The notes under the pieces: model-generated | The model's input: the letters and a program-made list of their open reading frames with translations, nothing else | Database searches by the model: none | What the model was told of the DNA's origin: nothing | Assembly (NCBI GenBank): GCA_013265495.1 | Contig: MU057711.1 | Span: forward strand, 1,116,001 to 1,180,000 | Direction: 5' to 3' | DNA: 64,000 bases | From: Vicugna vicugna | Taxonomy: Eukaryota | In this document: positions 38,211 to 51,281 of the stretch, one piece after another | Layout: the number at the start of each line of letters is the position of its first letter | Position numbering within the stretch: the first letter of the stretch is position 1 | Made by a program: the position numbers and the translations under genes

Positions 38211-41200
38211 CAATATACCAGAACTCTCACGAATGGACTTCACCTCTTCTGACCTCTCAGGGGCCCTGGGAGCCATTCCTTACTTGGGGGAAGCCCAGCA
38301 TCCATCTCCCTTCAGTATTTCCTTGGGAGAACCACTTTTCCCAACTCTCAGCCTAAGAAGTTCTGGTAGGGATAGGTCTGGACTAGTTGTCCAATCAGAA
38401 CATTGCATTTCCCTTGGGATGGGCATGTGACCAAATTTCCCATTGAGTTTGAATTTCAGAACTTAGTTTCAGACTGCTATAGAAGACTCTCTGTTATATG
38501 ATTTTCTGCTGGGGCTGCTAAAGCCTTGGGTTCCTGGCAGCCATTTTGCCACCATGAGGGGAAAGCCAGGTTGAGAGTATATCTAACACAGAAGACTGAG
38601 AAATGGAGAGGGAGAAGTGTCAGTCATTCATACTCTGCTGTTGATGTAAGCGAGGGGGAATTGTTCTTCTAGCTTGAATGAGAGTGTGGGGTGGGGGTTT
38701 ACAGGTCAGAGTCCAATAGTCTCATTTTACAGGCTGGGAAACCAAGGCCTAGAGACCAGGAAGCAGAAGAGCCAGAAGTGGCCTGAGAACCCAGTACTAC
38801 CTGTTCTCTTGTCCACAGGAAGTCTGATGGCCATGGTGGAGGAAAGGGGACCTAAGAAAAGCACATTGTGCTAAAACAACTGCAATCCAGACTTTTATTT
38901 AAATTAAACTTATTAGACTTTTTTGGAGCAGCTCGTGTTCTCACAGAGATATATGGTAAATATCTGTCAAAGGCCAAATACGTGCACTGTGCCAGGCACT
39001 GTGCAGGCACTGGTGGTGCAGAGGTGTGCAGAACCAGACTCAGTGTCGGAGCTCACGGGCTGCTTGGAAAAGGGCTGTGCAGGTTGAACACTGCCCACCC
39101 CCAGGAGGATCAATAGACATACCCTGGCGTGGCGCAGTGCACAACAAGCCTGTAGCTCTGGGGGCTCAGGAAACAGTTATTCCTAAATGTTGTCAGCCCC
39201 ATGTATGGAAAGGCAGAAGACAATGAGATGGTGCCTGCGCCCTGTAGAGTTTGCTCTGTCACATGGGCATCTGTCTCTGCCATCCACTTGTAAGGACAGC
39301 CCTTCGTAAGGTCTAATTCCCTGACTTTAAAAACAATGAGAAGAGCGCCGGGGGCATATGAGGAGAAGCTATCTCATGCCCTGCTGAATGCCAAGCTTTC
39401 TTAATAATTTTCGGTGATTGGGAAGAGGGGGATGGTGAGTGGGGAAGCCAGAGGGGAACTGATGGAAGAGAAATGCTGTGGCCAATTAGCTGAAATGTTA
39501 CAGTCAGTGCACCCCAGCCTGACGGGCTCATTAAGCCACAGAGCTCTTTGACAGTTTTTGGTTGTAGTTAAGAGCAGACGTGGACCCTCCGCCTTGCATA
39601 TGTGTGCAGTCGAGTGCTTCTGTGTGTGCTGGACTGCCTGTTCCTCTCAGCTCCCCCAGTGCTCTCCCTTTCTGTCCCCCTTGAGGGTCTGTGGCTTGGG
39701 CTGGCCATTCCACCCTGAAGTCTTTCCCAAATACCAAATGATTTCCCTGCATGTGCAGATTATATTTTCTCTTTGAAAGTTTAATCTGAATGCTCAATGT
39801 TCAGTTGCCAAAGGCTGTGAACTAATTTCTCCTGTCATTGCCACTTGGTGAAAATGTCATCATTAGTGAGGCAGGAGATGCTGAAGAAAGGCGAGAAGGG
39901 GAGAAGAGGATATGGAGGAGGATCCCAGACCCTCCTAGAGACTCCTAAATGCCACCACCGTGAGAGACCCAGGGTTGGGTGAGGGAACCACCCATGCGAC
40001 AGTCCAGGTGTAGCAGCAGGAGGAAGTGAGTTCAGGGGGCTGACCACTCGGCTGTGTTCCCTGGGCTGAGCAGAGCTCACTTGGCCGGTGTGCCCTGGGG
40101 ACAGGCAGCCAGAGTCCCCAGTGACCTCTGTAATGAGAAACATTCCTAACCAGGAGATCTGCCTTTTGCAAAATCACTGTTCCCTCTGTGACCTGGTGTG
40201 GCCAGGTTATATAAGGGTCCTTGCAAGAGCGTCTCCTTGCAACTGGACTGGGGAGACTTTGCGAACAAATTTGCCTGCTGCCTGTGACTGGTCAGTTAGA
40301 ACTCAGCCAGCTGCCAGGGTGAACTCAAAGCTAAGTTCCACCCTCAACAATGCTTCTTGTCCTGCCCTGTCTGGTCCTGTTTGGTTTTCTGGTCCCTTTA
40401 AATTATTTTGGCACTCCCATCTTACATTTTATGTGATTTTTTTTTTGCTTAAAAATAGATTTTTAAAAAATTATCAAATAATTTCATAAAAAAGCACTGA
40501 AAACATACCTGATACACATTGACTCTTCCTCCCTCCATCCCTGACACTCACACAATTCTGATTTCTTTGTGCGAAACTGCCTAGGTCCCTTCATATTTAG
40601 TTTGGGAGGGAACAATTTACAAACCTAACTGGAGCAAATATTGATTGAGTACCTACTGTGTGCAGCAAGAGGTGTGCTAGACACTTCCAGCATTATTTTT
40701 TCCATTTCATCCTCACAAAGAACCGCATGAGATAAGAACTGTGGTCCCATCTTTCTGATGAAGGTGAGAAATGGTCAGTGACTTTGCCGCAGGGTTTGCA
40801 GTGCCGTAAACGGCTGAGCTGGGATTTGATCCTGTTAGTGCTTCTAGTGCTCCTTATGGTATTCGTATCACATTCCGGTTTGTGGGATGTAATCAGAGCT
40901 GGGTTAATCACAATGCTTGGGGCCTGGGCTGTTACAGTGAATGCTTTCCCTCCCTGGGCCTCAGTCCCCTCATCTGTGCAATGGGTATAGTGTTCAGGGC
41001 CCTGCCTCCCTCACTGCGTTATTGTGGGGACTAAATTGGATAGCACATGAGCATAGGGGTCACAAAGGATGTTAGTCAGTGTGAGAAACATGAAAGAGTT
41101 ATTTAGAGTCTTTCCAACATCTTCCTAATAGCCTCAGGGCTGCAGGCTATGATAGTCACCTTGACCTGGAACACGGACCTTGTCTGGAATCTGGAAGTCC

Positions 41201-44200
41201 AAGTCCAGGGCTGAGGAAGGGATGGTGGGTGGTTGGAACGTGTATCCTCTCATCCACTGCATAAAAAGTGATGGTCTTACTTTCAAAACTTAGTTCATTT
41301 CTCTCTTGCCCCCAGAAAAAGAAATTAGATTTCTGCAGCAAAATCTACTTTCAGATCTTCCAGCCACCACCTTCCAAAGCAGGTGGGTTTGTGTCCTGTC
41401 TTGGACCTCTAATGGAACAGAGGCGTGAGACCCTCAGTGCCTGGATGGGAAGTGCTGTGTAGATGTTCCCCAACACCAGGATCTTGTTGTGGGCCGGGGG
41501 CCAGGTGGGCTTCTCAGGGGTGGGATCAGCCATGAGAGCCTGGCCTCCATCTTCCTCCTGGTCGGGGTGGCGAGCAACTCTGGTTGGACAAGCAGAGCAG
41601 TGGCCAGGACTCTGGGACCAGTGGCTTGTTCCAAGGCTGGCCTGGAAAGATGCCAGGAATGTATTTTGAACAATTAGTCTGGCCTTTGTATGCCTCTGAT
41701 GCTCTAAGCAGCTCTTGAGATGCCCAGCCAAGGCCCTCATCAAGCCAGGATTTTTCATCAGTCCCTTCCCCTCCTGGCCTGCATCCAGAGCCCTAGGGAA
41801 ACATCTGCCCATGGCGAATGCAGAGTTCAGGGCTGCCAGGCTTGCCCCTAAGCCCAGGGGCCCATCCTGCCTGCCTTCCTCCAGCACCTTTGGTGCTGCT
41901 TTGAGTCCAGAACACTTACCCCAAATCCTCACCCTCTGAAAATAGAGGAAAAGGGAGCAAAGTAAAATGGCAATTCATTTGACATTCTGTAAAACGTCAG
42001 TATCTTTCACCCAGACATAGACCCATCTCTGAGATGCCCATGGACTTTGGGGTCAAGGTCTGAGTCATGACCCTGGGGGCTCTGTGGTCACAATAACCCC
42101 CAATGAACATGTTCTGTGCAAGAATCCTTGCCTTTAAGGAACCCCCTAGTTTCATAGCTTCCTGGGTGTCTGGAGTGAGGGCCTGCTCTCAGATGCTGAC
42201 TCTGTGAAGGAGGAAAGGTTGAGAGGCAGGAAAGTAGGATGGTGCCCTCTTTCTTTGTCTTTTTTGTCAACTTTACAAAAGATGTTTTCCCCTTTGTTAC
42301 CTTATTCAACCCTCTCAATATGTCTGTGAGTAATTAGGAAAGGGGTTTATCCCCATTTTAGGGAACTGAGGGTCAGAGATCTTTCCAAGGTCATATGCCC
42401 ACTGTGAGAATTGAAGCCAAGACTCAAATATATTTGTCTGGCTTCAAGTTCAACCAGTGCCTGCTCCCAAGGATCAGGGCTTCACCTGGATATTCTGTGA
42501 ATGATGCAAATTGTTGGAGATATTTGGAGGCCAGAGAGAGAGCCTTAAGACGGAAGTAGCCCAGGAAGGCTTCTTGAAGGAGGTGGGTCTGGGCTGACCA
42601 AGGAGAAAATCTGGCCAGGCAGAGGGTGAATGACCTCTCAAGGTTGCTCTCTACCCAAAGTCTCTCTGATTTTTCAGGATCCAGATGCTTTCCTCGCCTC
42701 TATCTCCACCTCTCTCATCAGGGACCGAAAGGCTTGAAATTAAAAAGTCGTCATTTGCTGCAACAAGGCAGCTTGGGGCCCTGGGGCCTGGCCGATCAGG
42801 ACCATACTTGACGGTGCTTGTTCACAGCCTGCCTGGGCTGAGGGGATTGGAAAGTCATTACCATCTGGCCGCTGAACCAGACTGGTCAAAGGAAGGACAT
42901 AGTGGCTTGGCTGGGGTCACCGTCACCCAAGCTCAGACTGGAAGCTACATCCTAGACTGTCTGGTACTTTGGCCCAACTTCCTGCCACCTCTCTTCAACT
43001 GCCCCCTGACCCACACCCCAGCCTTGACTGGGCCCTGGGGAGAGTTATTGAGAAAGTCTGTGCACAAAGACATTTTCATTTCTATGCTTTGACCTTCACG
43101 TGATGATGGTTCCCAGAGGCTCTGCTCTGGGCCAGTCACAGTGTCTACGCTGGGGGTGGGGGTGGGGGCAGAGATAAGTCAGATACTGTCTTTTCCTTGG
43201 TGGGAAACTGTGTCTGGTATGGGATTATATGATGGGGCTTGACTTAGCTTGTTTGTTGCTTGCAGCTCATGCTTCACAACTGAAGAAAGGGCCCGAACTC
43301 GGTCTCTAGGAAGCAGAATAGGAACTGTGGGTGGAGGGAAAGGCACCAACTCCAAATGCTACAGATCCTGACAGTGAGATGGGTCAGCTGAGGACTGTAG
43401 GGAACCTCTGACTGCAAATACCATCCAATGGGGGGCATCGCTCAGCTCTGGTCACCTGCCTCTGCGGAGGAAAGTAGGCCCAGATCGCCATATCTCAGGA
43501 TTTTTCCAGAGAAGCTGGAGAGCTGGACTTTTTAAGCATATGAATCTCTGAAATAGTTGACAACTAATTCAAATAAATATTTTAAAAATGGTGTGGGACA
43601 CACCTACATACACACACACATCTACACATGTGGACAGGTCACTTTCGAGCCACAAGTCATGACCACATCTTTGTAGCAGAAAGTCAGGAGAGTGAAGGAA
43701 AGGGTTGGGGGATGTGATCAGGGATGCTAGGTTGATGTATAAAGGAAAAGGCTGGGAATGAGAAAGTAAGAGACAGAAACCCTCTGCACGTTAAGCCCGT
43801 GGGGGAAGGTGTGCGGCTTTGCTAGAGAGACATTTGAGGGAAGTAATCAGGGTGTGAGAGATGTTTGAAATGGAGGAGAGGACTTTGATCAAGATTGCTT
43901 TTGGATTATGAAGTAGATCACTTTGAATGTTCTCCAGTCAAACTTGATATTCCTTTAGAGAATTTTCACTTGGCTGCTGGCTGATTTTTTTTTTAAATGT
44001 ACATTCTTACCAGCCTGGAGTACATGGAACCACAGCTTATATTTAGTCATAAGTATCATGTCGTACATTCAATTTCCTGACTTATCTGGAGTAACCTCTA
44101 TGAAATCATTACAAGATGCTTGGTGGGATAGAGAAGGCTTAGTTAGTGAGGGTGGTTCTGCCAGCCTTTCCGTCCTATATTTCTAAAGGAAGCACAAAAT

Positions 44201-44291
44201 CACAGATATGTACCTCTGTGCCAGCAGTGTCTCAGCTCTCATGAACTTCTCATGGTGTGAGTTTCTGTATTGAATGTGATTGGAGTTAGGA

Positions 44292-44298
<7 letters not shown>

Positions 44299-44326
<28 letters not shown>
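44299..44326. repeat. (TG)n microsatellite
   Basis: About 13 TG units. Confidence 0.9.
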
Positions 44327-45169
44327 ATTTTTTGTTCAAATTGGATCCTAATCACAAGCCAAGCATTTCATTTAGTACCTCAATCAAGACAGAGATTTAT
44401 TCCAAAACTGGAGGAAAACAGGATTATTGACTGGTTGATCAATGTTCTAGGACTGCATTTTTCTGAGGGATTTTCAAGGGTGACTTTGAACCTGTGTGAT
44501 TTTTGTCTTGTGTGCTGACTTTATAACTTGCTCTTTGCACCATATAAAATTGTAAAGAAAGTACTATGACTGTCCAGGGAAAGTGCTGACTGTGTTTGAA
44601 GATGTGGTGAGGTATGGTGGAGAAAGGGAGGGGAGGGTTGAGGAAGGCTTTACAGAGGATGTAAAATTTCTGGAGGACCTAATTAGAAGTTTGTCAGACT
44701 TGGAGGAGTGGATGTGAGAATACAGGAGAGACATCCTAGGCAGAAGAAATGGTGTGCGCAAAGGAATCAGATGGAAAAATATTGACCTATTTGGGAAGTG
44801 GAATGTCATTTCCTGTGGTTGGTGGTGATAATTATGGTGGACAGCTCAGATGGCCAGATTTTTCAGTTTCGTATGCCATGCCAAGGAGTTTGGAGTTTTA
44901 TCCCATAGATCATATTCTGAAGCAGTGGGGGTGGTGGATAACACAGTTTTCCAAAACGAACTTCAGAGTCTAATTCAAGAAAGTTGGAATGTGGACAAGA
45001 TGACTTCAAAGGTCCCATCCACCTATGTGATTCCAAGTTTCCAAGTTGTTTTCTAAGTCCTCTCTTTTACACTAACTTTCCCAGTTGCCCATCCTAACAG
45101 GTAGTTTCCTCATTTATATGATTATAGTATTTCCTGCGCAGCCCTCTCACACAGTACCTATCCTACACT

Positions 45170-46440
45170 ACATTTATTTACTCATTCTTTCATTCAGCAA
45201 GTATTTATTCTGTGATTCTGTTGCAGAAAAGTGTGTTACAGCTCAGTTGTGACAGCAACCTGGATCCTAGTGAGCACTTGGAGAGTTGGAGAACTCAGGT
45301 TTATGGAGAACTCAGGTTTATTATGAACCGAGCCCACAGGAGTTATCACTCCAAGCTCTGGACTGCATCTGTAGGTTTACACAGGTTTTTACAGGCTGCC
45401 AGTTTACACTTTGCAACATCATATGCAAATAAGGTATAACAAAATTTGACTAATTAGGAGCAAGCTTTGTAGAAATGGACCAATCAGGAGTGAGAGAAAT
45501 AACCAATCAGGAGTGAGCTCCATGCAAATGAAGTACTTCAAATGGACCAATTAGGAGTTAGCTCAGGGAACCAACAGAATTTTAGGGGTAAGTTCCACTT
45601 TCCTAGAAGTAAGCCATCTCAGAGGCAAAAAGTGAGATAGGGCTACTGGGCCAGGGAAACGGATGGTGCTGGCAGGAGAGTAGTAGCCCTGCATGGGGGT
45701 CCTGAGAGTGTTTTTTATGGGGCTTCCCACCTCAATTCCTCCCTCATGGGCATAATGTTAAGTTTTGTGCATAAAAAAACGAACAAGAAGGACATAATTC
45801 CTACTCCTATGGAGCCTGGGGTACAGCAGCGAGGCAACACTATATTAATAACGGTGTAAGTTTCAGAGACTTATAAGCATCTTAAGAACATGTAATGAGG
45901 TGACTTGATTGCTTCTTGGGGGTAAAAGACCAAAGATGACTTCCCCAAGAAGTGTTTTTTTTTCAACTAAGAATAAAAGGTAAGTAGAAGTTAGGAGTAG
46001 AAGGCAGCAAGAGTACTTGGAGAAGAGAGCTGTGTGGTCCAGGGTCTTGGAGTGGGAAGGGCTTGTAGTATCTGAGGAACTGAAGAAAGGGGAGCGCAGC
46101 TGAGGTGTGGTGGGAGAGGAGGGAGAAGGTGGGAGGTGAGGCTGTACAAACTGTTCTGGTGGGATTTTGAAAGTATTGTGGGGTTTTCCTTTAGGGTAAC
46201 TGGAAGTCACTGAAACATGCTCAAGTGCTATTATTTTATTGCATTTTAAAACAAAGATGATTCTATTTGCAGTGGGGACACTGGAAATAAGGGCAAGACC
46301 AAAGAGGGAGTTTAGGAGCCCATGACAAGGATCTAGGCTGCAGCGACTGAGGTTTGGGTGAGATGTGGCCGTGGAGACAGACGGAAGTGGGCAGAATTGA
46401 CAAATACTTGTTTGATTAGCTCTAGCAGGTGAGGGAGACA
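45170..46440 (-). mobile_element. L2 LINE 3' portion (interrupted by the LTR at 45219-45734)
   Basis: cattctttcattcagcaagtatttatt (reverse L2 tail)...attcctactcctatggagc...gaggaactgaagaaagg...gttttaggagcc-type L2 segments. Confidence 0.7.
45219..45734 (-). mobile_element. ERV1-like solo LTR (516 bp) inserted in L2
   Basis: TG...CA termini, 4-bp TSD attc (45215-45218 / 45735-45738), minus-strand AATAAA at 45317-45322, internal motif repeats. Confidence 0.8.
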
Positions 46441-46674
46441 GGGCTTTGGGCTTGTGTGTATATACCACAGCCCACCAGGTGATCAGTAACCACAATGCTT
46501 CTTCCACCTGTTGAATAAGTGATTTTATATATTATAGGTACTTAGTAGATTTAAAAAAACCCTGCTTTACTGATATATAATTTGCATATCATACAATTCA
46601 CCTATTTAAAATGACAATTCATTGGTTTTTCTTAGTGAACTCAGAGTTGTACAGCCATCAAAACAATTAATTTT

Positions 46675-46770
46675 TAAAATTTATTTATTTTAATGGAGGT
46701 GCTGGAGATTGAACCCAGGACCTCGTGCATCTGAGCATGCGCTCTACCACTGAGCTGTATGCTCCCTGCC
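46675..46770 (-). mobile_element. Vic-1-type SINE inside the old L1
   Basis: ggagattgaacccaggacctcgtgcatctgagcatgcgctctaccactgagctg; TSD acaat(t/c)aatttt. Confidence 0.9.
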
Positions 46771-47118
46771 ACAATCAATTTTGGAACATTTTCATCATCT
46801 TCCAAGAGAAATCCCATACCCATTCGTGGTCACTCCCCACTCCCCACCACGTCCCACAGCCCTAGGCAGCCACTAATCTATTTTCTACTTCTATGGATTC
46901 TCCTCTTCTAGATATTTCATACAAATGGAATCATACAGTTATACAAGGCTTTTTCTGTCTGGCTTCTTTCACTTGGCATAATGCTTTCAAGATTTATTCA
47001 TATTGTAGCATGTACTAACCCTTTATTCCTTTTTATTGACAAATAATTTCCCATTGTATGGATAGACCACATTTTATTTCTCCACTCATTAACAGATGGG
47101 CATTTGGGTTGTTCTTAC

Positions 47119-47527
47119 TTTTTTTTTAAACACCTTTATTGTTGTATAATCCTTGTACAATAAACTACACTTATTTCAGATATACAATTGATCAATTTTG
47201 ATAGATGTATACAGCCATGAAACTACCACCGCAGTCAAGATAGCTAACATTTCCATCACTCCCCAAGAGGTGCAATTTTCGAATTCCAAATTTATCCCTT
47301 CCCACCCCCTTTATCCCGTGGTAACCATAAGTCTGTTCTCTATGTCTGTGAGTCAGTTTCTGTTTTGTATGTAAGTTTGTTTGTGGACTTTTTTTTTTCA
47401 GATTCTGCATATAAGTGATATCACATGGTATTTTCTTTCTCTTTCTGACTTACTTCACTCAGAATGATAATCTCCAGGTCCATTCTTGTTGCTGCAAATG
47501 GCCTTATTTTATTCCTTTTTTATGGCT
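47119..47527 (-). mobile_element. Younger L1 3' fragment with a chimeric 3' end, nested in the old L1
   Basis: Poly(T) at 47119, then an L1M-like terminus joined to the young-L1 UTR tttatcccttccc...ggtaaccataagtctgttctctatgtctgtgagtc; homologous to 59893-60133. Confidence 0.8.
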
Positions 47528-49270
47528 ATTAAAAGAACACTGCTGTGAACTTTTGTATACAAGTTTTTTTTTTTTTAAGTTTTTATGTGGACGTATGTTT
47601 TCACTTCTCTTGAATATATACCAAGGAGTGGAATTTCTGGGTCACATGGCGGCTCTGTTTAAACTGTCGAGGAACTGTGAGACTGTTTTCCAAAGTGGCC
47701 GCACCATTTCACATTCCTACCAGCAGTGTATGAGGATTCTAATTTCTCAGCATCCTCACCAACACTTGTTACTTTGTCTTTTCTTGTTATAGCCGTTCTT
47801 GAGGATGTGAAGTGGTATCTTGTAGTTTTGATATGCATTTCTCTGATGGCTAATAATGTTAAGCAGCTTTTCATGTGCATATTTTCTTTGGAGAAATGTC
47901 TATTCAGATTCTTTGCCCATTCTGAATTCAGTTGTTTGTCTTTTTAAGTTGGAATAATTCTTTATGTATTCTAGATACAAGTTCCTTATCAGGTACATGA
48001 TTTTTACACATTTTTTTCTCACTCTGTGGGTTCTTTCCACTTTAACTGTGTCCTTTTGAAGCACTAAAGCTTTTAATTTTGAAGAATTCCACTTTGTCTA
48101 GTTTTTCTTTTGTTACTTATGCTTTTATTGTCATATCTAAGAAACAGTGCACTAATCCAGAGTCACCAATATTTACACCTAGACTTTCTTTTTAAGAGTT
48201 TTATAGTTTTAGCTCTTACATTGAGGCCTTGATCCATTTTGAGTTAATTTTTGAATATGGCATGATACAGAGGTTTAATCTCATTCTTCTACATGTAAAT
48301 ATCCACTTGTCCCAGTACCACTGTTGGAGAGACCATTCTTTCCTCATTGAAGGGTCTTGGCACCCTTATCAAATATCAAATGGCCGTAGATGTATGGATT
48401 CAGTTCTGGACTCTCATTTCTACTCCATTGGTCTATATGTCTGTTCTTATGTCAGTACTACACTGTTTTGTTTACTGTAGCTTTGTAGTAAGTTTTGAAA
48501 TCAGGAAGTGTGAGTCCTTCAACTTTCTTCTTCCTTTTCAAGATTGTTTTGGCTATTTGGGGCCCCTTGTAAAGTCGTATGAATTAGAGGTTCAGCTTTC
48601 CTTGTCTATAAAAAAGGCTGTTGAAATTTTGATAGGGATTGAATTGTACCTATAGGTTGCTTTGAGTAGCACTGACATCTTAATATTAAGTCTTCAGGTC
48701 CATGAGCATAGGACACCTTTCTGTTCATTTAGATCTTCTTTAATTCCCTTCAATAGTGTTTTATAGTTTTCTGAGTATAAGTTTTACATTTCTATTAAAT
48801 CTGTTATGAAGTATTTTATTTTTAATGCTACTATAAGTGAAATCATTTTCTTAATTTCATTTTCAGATTGTTCACTGCAAGTCTAGAGAAATACAATTGA
48901 CTTTTGTGTATTGATTTTGCATCTTGCAATCTTGTTGAACTCATTGTCAATTCCAATAGCTTTTTAGGAGATTTCTCAAGATTTTCTGTATACAAGTTTA
49001 TGTCATCTGGTTATAGAAATAATCTTACTTCTTTCTTTGCAATTGGGTACATTTTATTCCATTTTCTAGTCGAATTTTCCTGAGTAGAATCTTCAGCATA
49101 GTGTTGAATAGAAGTGGTAAGAGTGATATTTTATTTATCTTATTTATTTATCTTATTTACATTTTGTATTTTTATTATTTTAATTTATATATTATTTATA
49201 TATCTTATTTATTTCTTATTCCTGATAATAAGTTTTTTAAAGGAAATTGTATTTAGATGGCAAGTTTCTT

Positions 49271-49754
49271 TTTTTCAAACATTTTTTATTGATTTATAAT
49301 CATTTTACAATGTTGTGTCAAATTCCAGTGTAGAGCACAATTTTTTCAGTTATACATGAACGTATATATATTCATTGTCACATTTTTTCCTCTGTGAGCT
49401 ACCATAGAACTTGTATATATTTCCCTCTGCTATACAGTATAATATTGTTTATCTATTCTACAATTTTGAAATCCCAGTCTATCTCTTCCCACCCCCTGCC
49501 CTCTTGGCAACCACAAGTTTGTATTCTATGTCTATGAGTCTATTTCTGTTTTGTATTTATGCTTTGTTTGTTTGTTTTGTTTTGTTTTCAGATTCCACGA
49601 TTGCATATGGTATTTTTCTTTCTCTTTCTGGCTTACTTCTCTTAGAATGACATTCTCCAGGAGCATCCATGTTGCTGCAAATGGTGTTATGTTGTCAGTT
49701 TTTATGGCTGAGTAGTATTCCATTGTATAAATATATCACATCTTCTTTATCCAG
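49271..49754 (-). mobile_element. Young 5'-truncated L1 (484 bp)
   Basis: Minus translation MEYYSAIKTDNITPFAATWMLLENVILREVSQKEKEKYHM; perfect 18-bp TSD ttagatggcaagtttctt (49253-49270 / 49755-49772). Confidence 0.95.
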
Positions 49755-49783
49755 TTAGATGGCAAGTTTCTTGAAAACATCTT

Positions 49784-49909
49784 TTTTTTTTTGGAGGGAG
49801 GGTAATTAGGTTTAGTTATTTATATTTTGGAGGAGGTACTGGGGATTGAACGCAGGACCTTGTGCATGCTAAGCATGCACTCTACCACTTGAGCTATACC
49901 TTCCCCCCC
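49784..49909 (-). mobile_element. Vic-1-type SINE
   Basis: ggtactggggattgaacgcaggaccttgtgcatgctaagcatgcactctaccacttgagctatacc; TSD aaaa(c/a)atctt. Confidence 0.92.
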
Positions 49910-50117
49910 AAAAAAATCTTAAATAAAAAAAAAATAAAGAAACAAAACTTTCAGTAAAACAAAAAGCCAAAAGTTTACTTTGTTTACACAAATAAAGTTG
50001 ATTTACAAAATAAACTTTTAACCATGAATATTCTACTCTATCTATCCTGAGAACTCTCCATTGTGGTGTCTCAGCATTCAGTTTTGGCAGAGAATGCATT
50101 CTCCTGAAATAGGGAAA

Positions 50118-50485
50118 CTGTGATGCTTGGCCCAGATGCCCCTGCAAGGAAGGGCTTGCTGCCCAGCTGCTAGGAATGCAGTCAGTGGATGGTCTCCACC
50201 TGTCAGCCCATTCAGGGATTATCTAAGTTGCCTTGCTCAAGATTATACTTCTTCCTGTTTGGTGATCATCTTGCCCCAACTCAGGACAACTCTGAAGAAT
50301 GTTCCAACTTTAGAGCTCCCAGTCAAGGCTGTTGCTGGCCCTGCATTGCACCTCAACTTCTCCCTTCTTTCCTCTTCTGCTTCTTTCTTCTCCTTCCACT
50401 GGAGTTGATGCCAAGGGCACCCCTTCATAAACATCTAGCTAAACTCCATACCAGAGTCTGCTTCCAGGAAACTCCACCTACGGCA
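50118..50485 (+). mobile_element. LTR16-type ERVL LTR
   Basis: 3' end gggcaccccttcataaacatc...ctaaactccataccagagtctgcttccaggaaactccacctacggca. Confidence 0.7.
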
Positions 50486-50843
50486 CTTGTGCCTGCCTGT
50501 CTATGCTGATGCGCACCAGAACTCAAGTACCTAAATAGGGAGGTGTGTGTCACAAAAGTAACATCTTTTAAGAAATTTAAATGATTTTTTTCCCATGTGT
50601 GGGCCTGGTTCATTTCTTTTTTGGGAACCAGTCATAACATTTTATGCATTCCTGGTGTGATTTTGTACATTTTTTATATTCCTGCAGTGCTATCCCAATC
50701 AGCTGTTGAGAGCTGGAGGTATGCTCTTTTCCAGGATGCTGACTAAGGAGTGATTATCCCAGGATGGTTGCATCTAGCCCATGTGGAGTTTCATTGCTAG
50801 TTTTGTCCAGGTCAACATTTTTTTTTTTTAAATTGACTCTGGG

Positions 50844-51281
50844 TATAGTAGGCTGAAAAATGGCCAATCCCTGGAGCTTGTAAACATTGTCCTCTAAGAA
50901 AAAAAGGTCTTTGCAGATGTGACTAAATTAAAGGTCTTGGTGTGGGGACATTATCCTGGATTGTCTAGGTGGATCCTGAATTGATCAAAAGCATTATATA
51001 AGAGAAAGGAAAGGGAGATTTGACACAGACAGAAAAGAAGGCAATGTGACTATGGAGTCTGAGATTGGAGGATGTGACCACAAGTCAAGGAATGCTAGCA
51101 GCCACCAGAAACTGGAAGAGGTCAGGAACAGATTGTTCCCTGCAGGGAGTGTGGAACTGCCACCACTTTAATTGGCCCAGTGAAACTTATTTGCCTCCAG
51201 AACTATGAAAAAATAAGTTGCTGCTATCTTAAACCATCAAGTTTGTGACCATTTGTTACAGCAGCATCAGGAACCTAACAC
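50844..51281 (+). mobile_element. MLT1 (D/E-like) LTR
   Basis: tttgcagatgtgactaaattaaaggtctt...ttatcctggatt...ccacaagtcaaggaatgctagcagccaccagaaactggaagagg...tttgttacagcagc. Confidence 0.88.

Larger units (their letters stand above)
46560..49120 (-). mobile_element. Old L1M(A/B) element, ~2.5 kb including two younger insertions
   Basis: 3' end ctttactgatatataatttgcatatcatacaattcacctatttaaa; minus translation [29 protein letters not shown]; continuous L1 ORF2-like sequence to gtgttgaatagaagtggtaagag. Confidence 0.92.

Noticed and set aside
41351..41932. 193-aa minus-strand ORF
   Set aside because: Non-ATG start and no family resemblance; consistent with chance in moderately GC-rich DNA.
45445..45560. 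Short repeats separated by variable spacers (CRISPR-like look)
   Set aside because: Mammalian DNA; the units are degenerate 13-17-mers with irregular spacing inside a TG..CA LTR, and there are no cas genes.
45863..46507. 214-aa minus-strand ORF
   Set aside because: Lies in decayed L2 sequence; low-complexity Ser/Pro/Leu composition.
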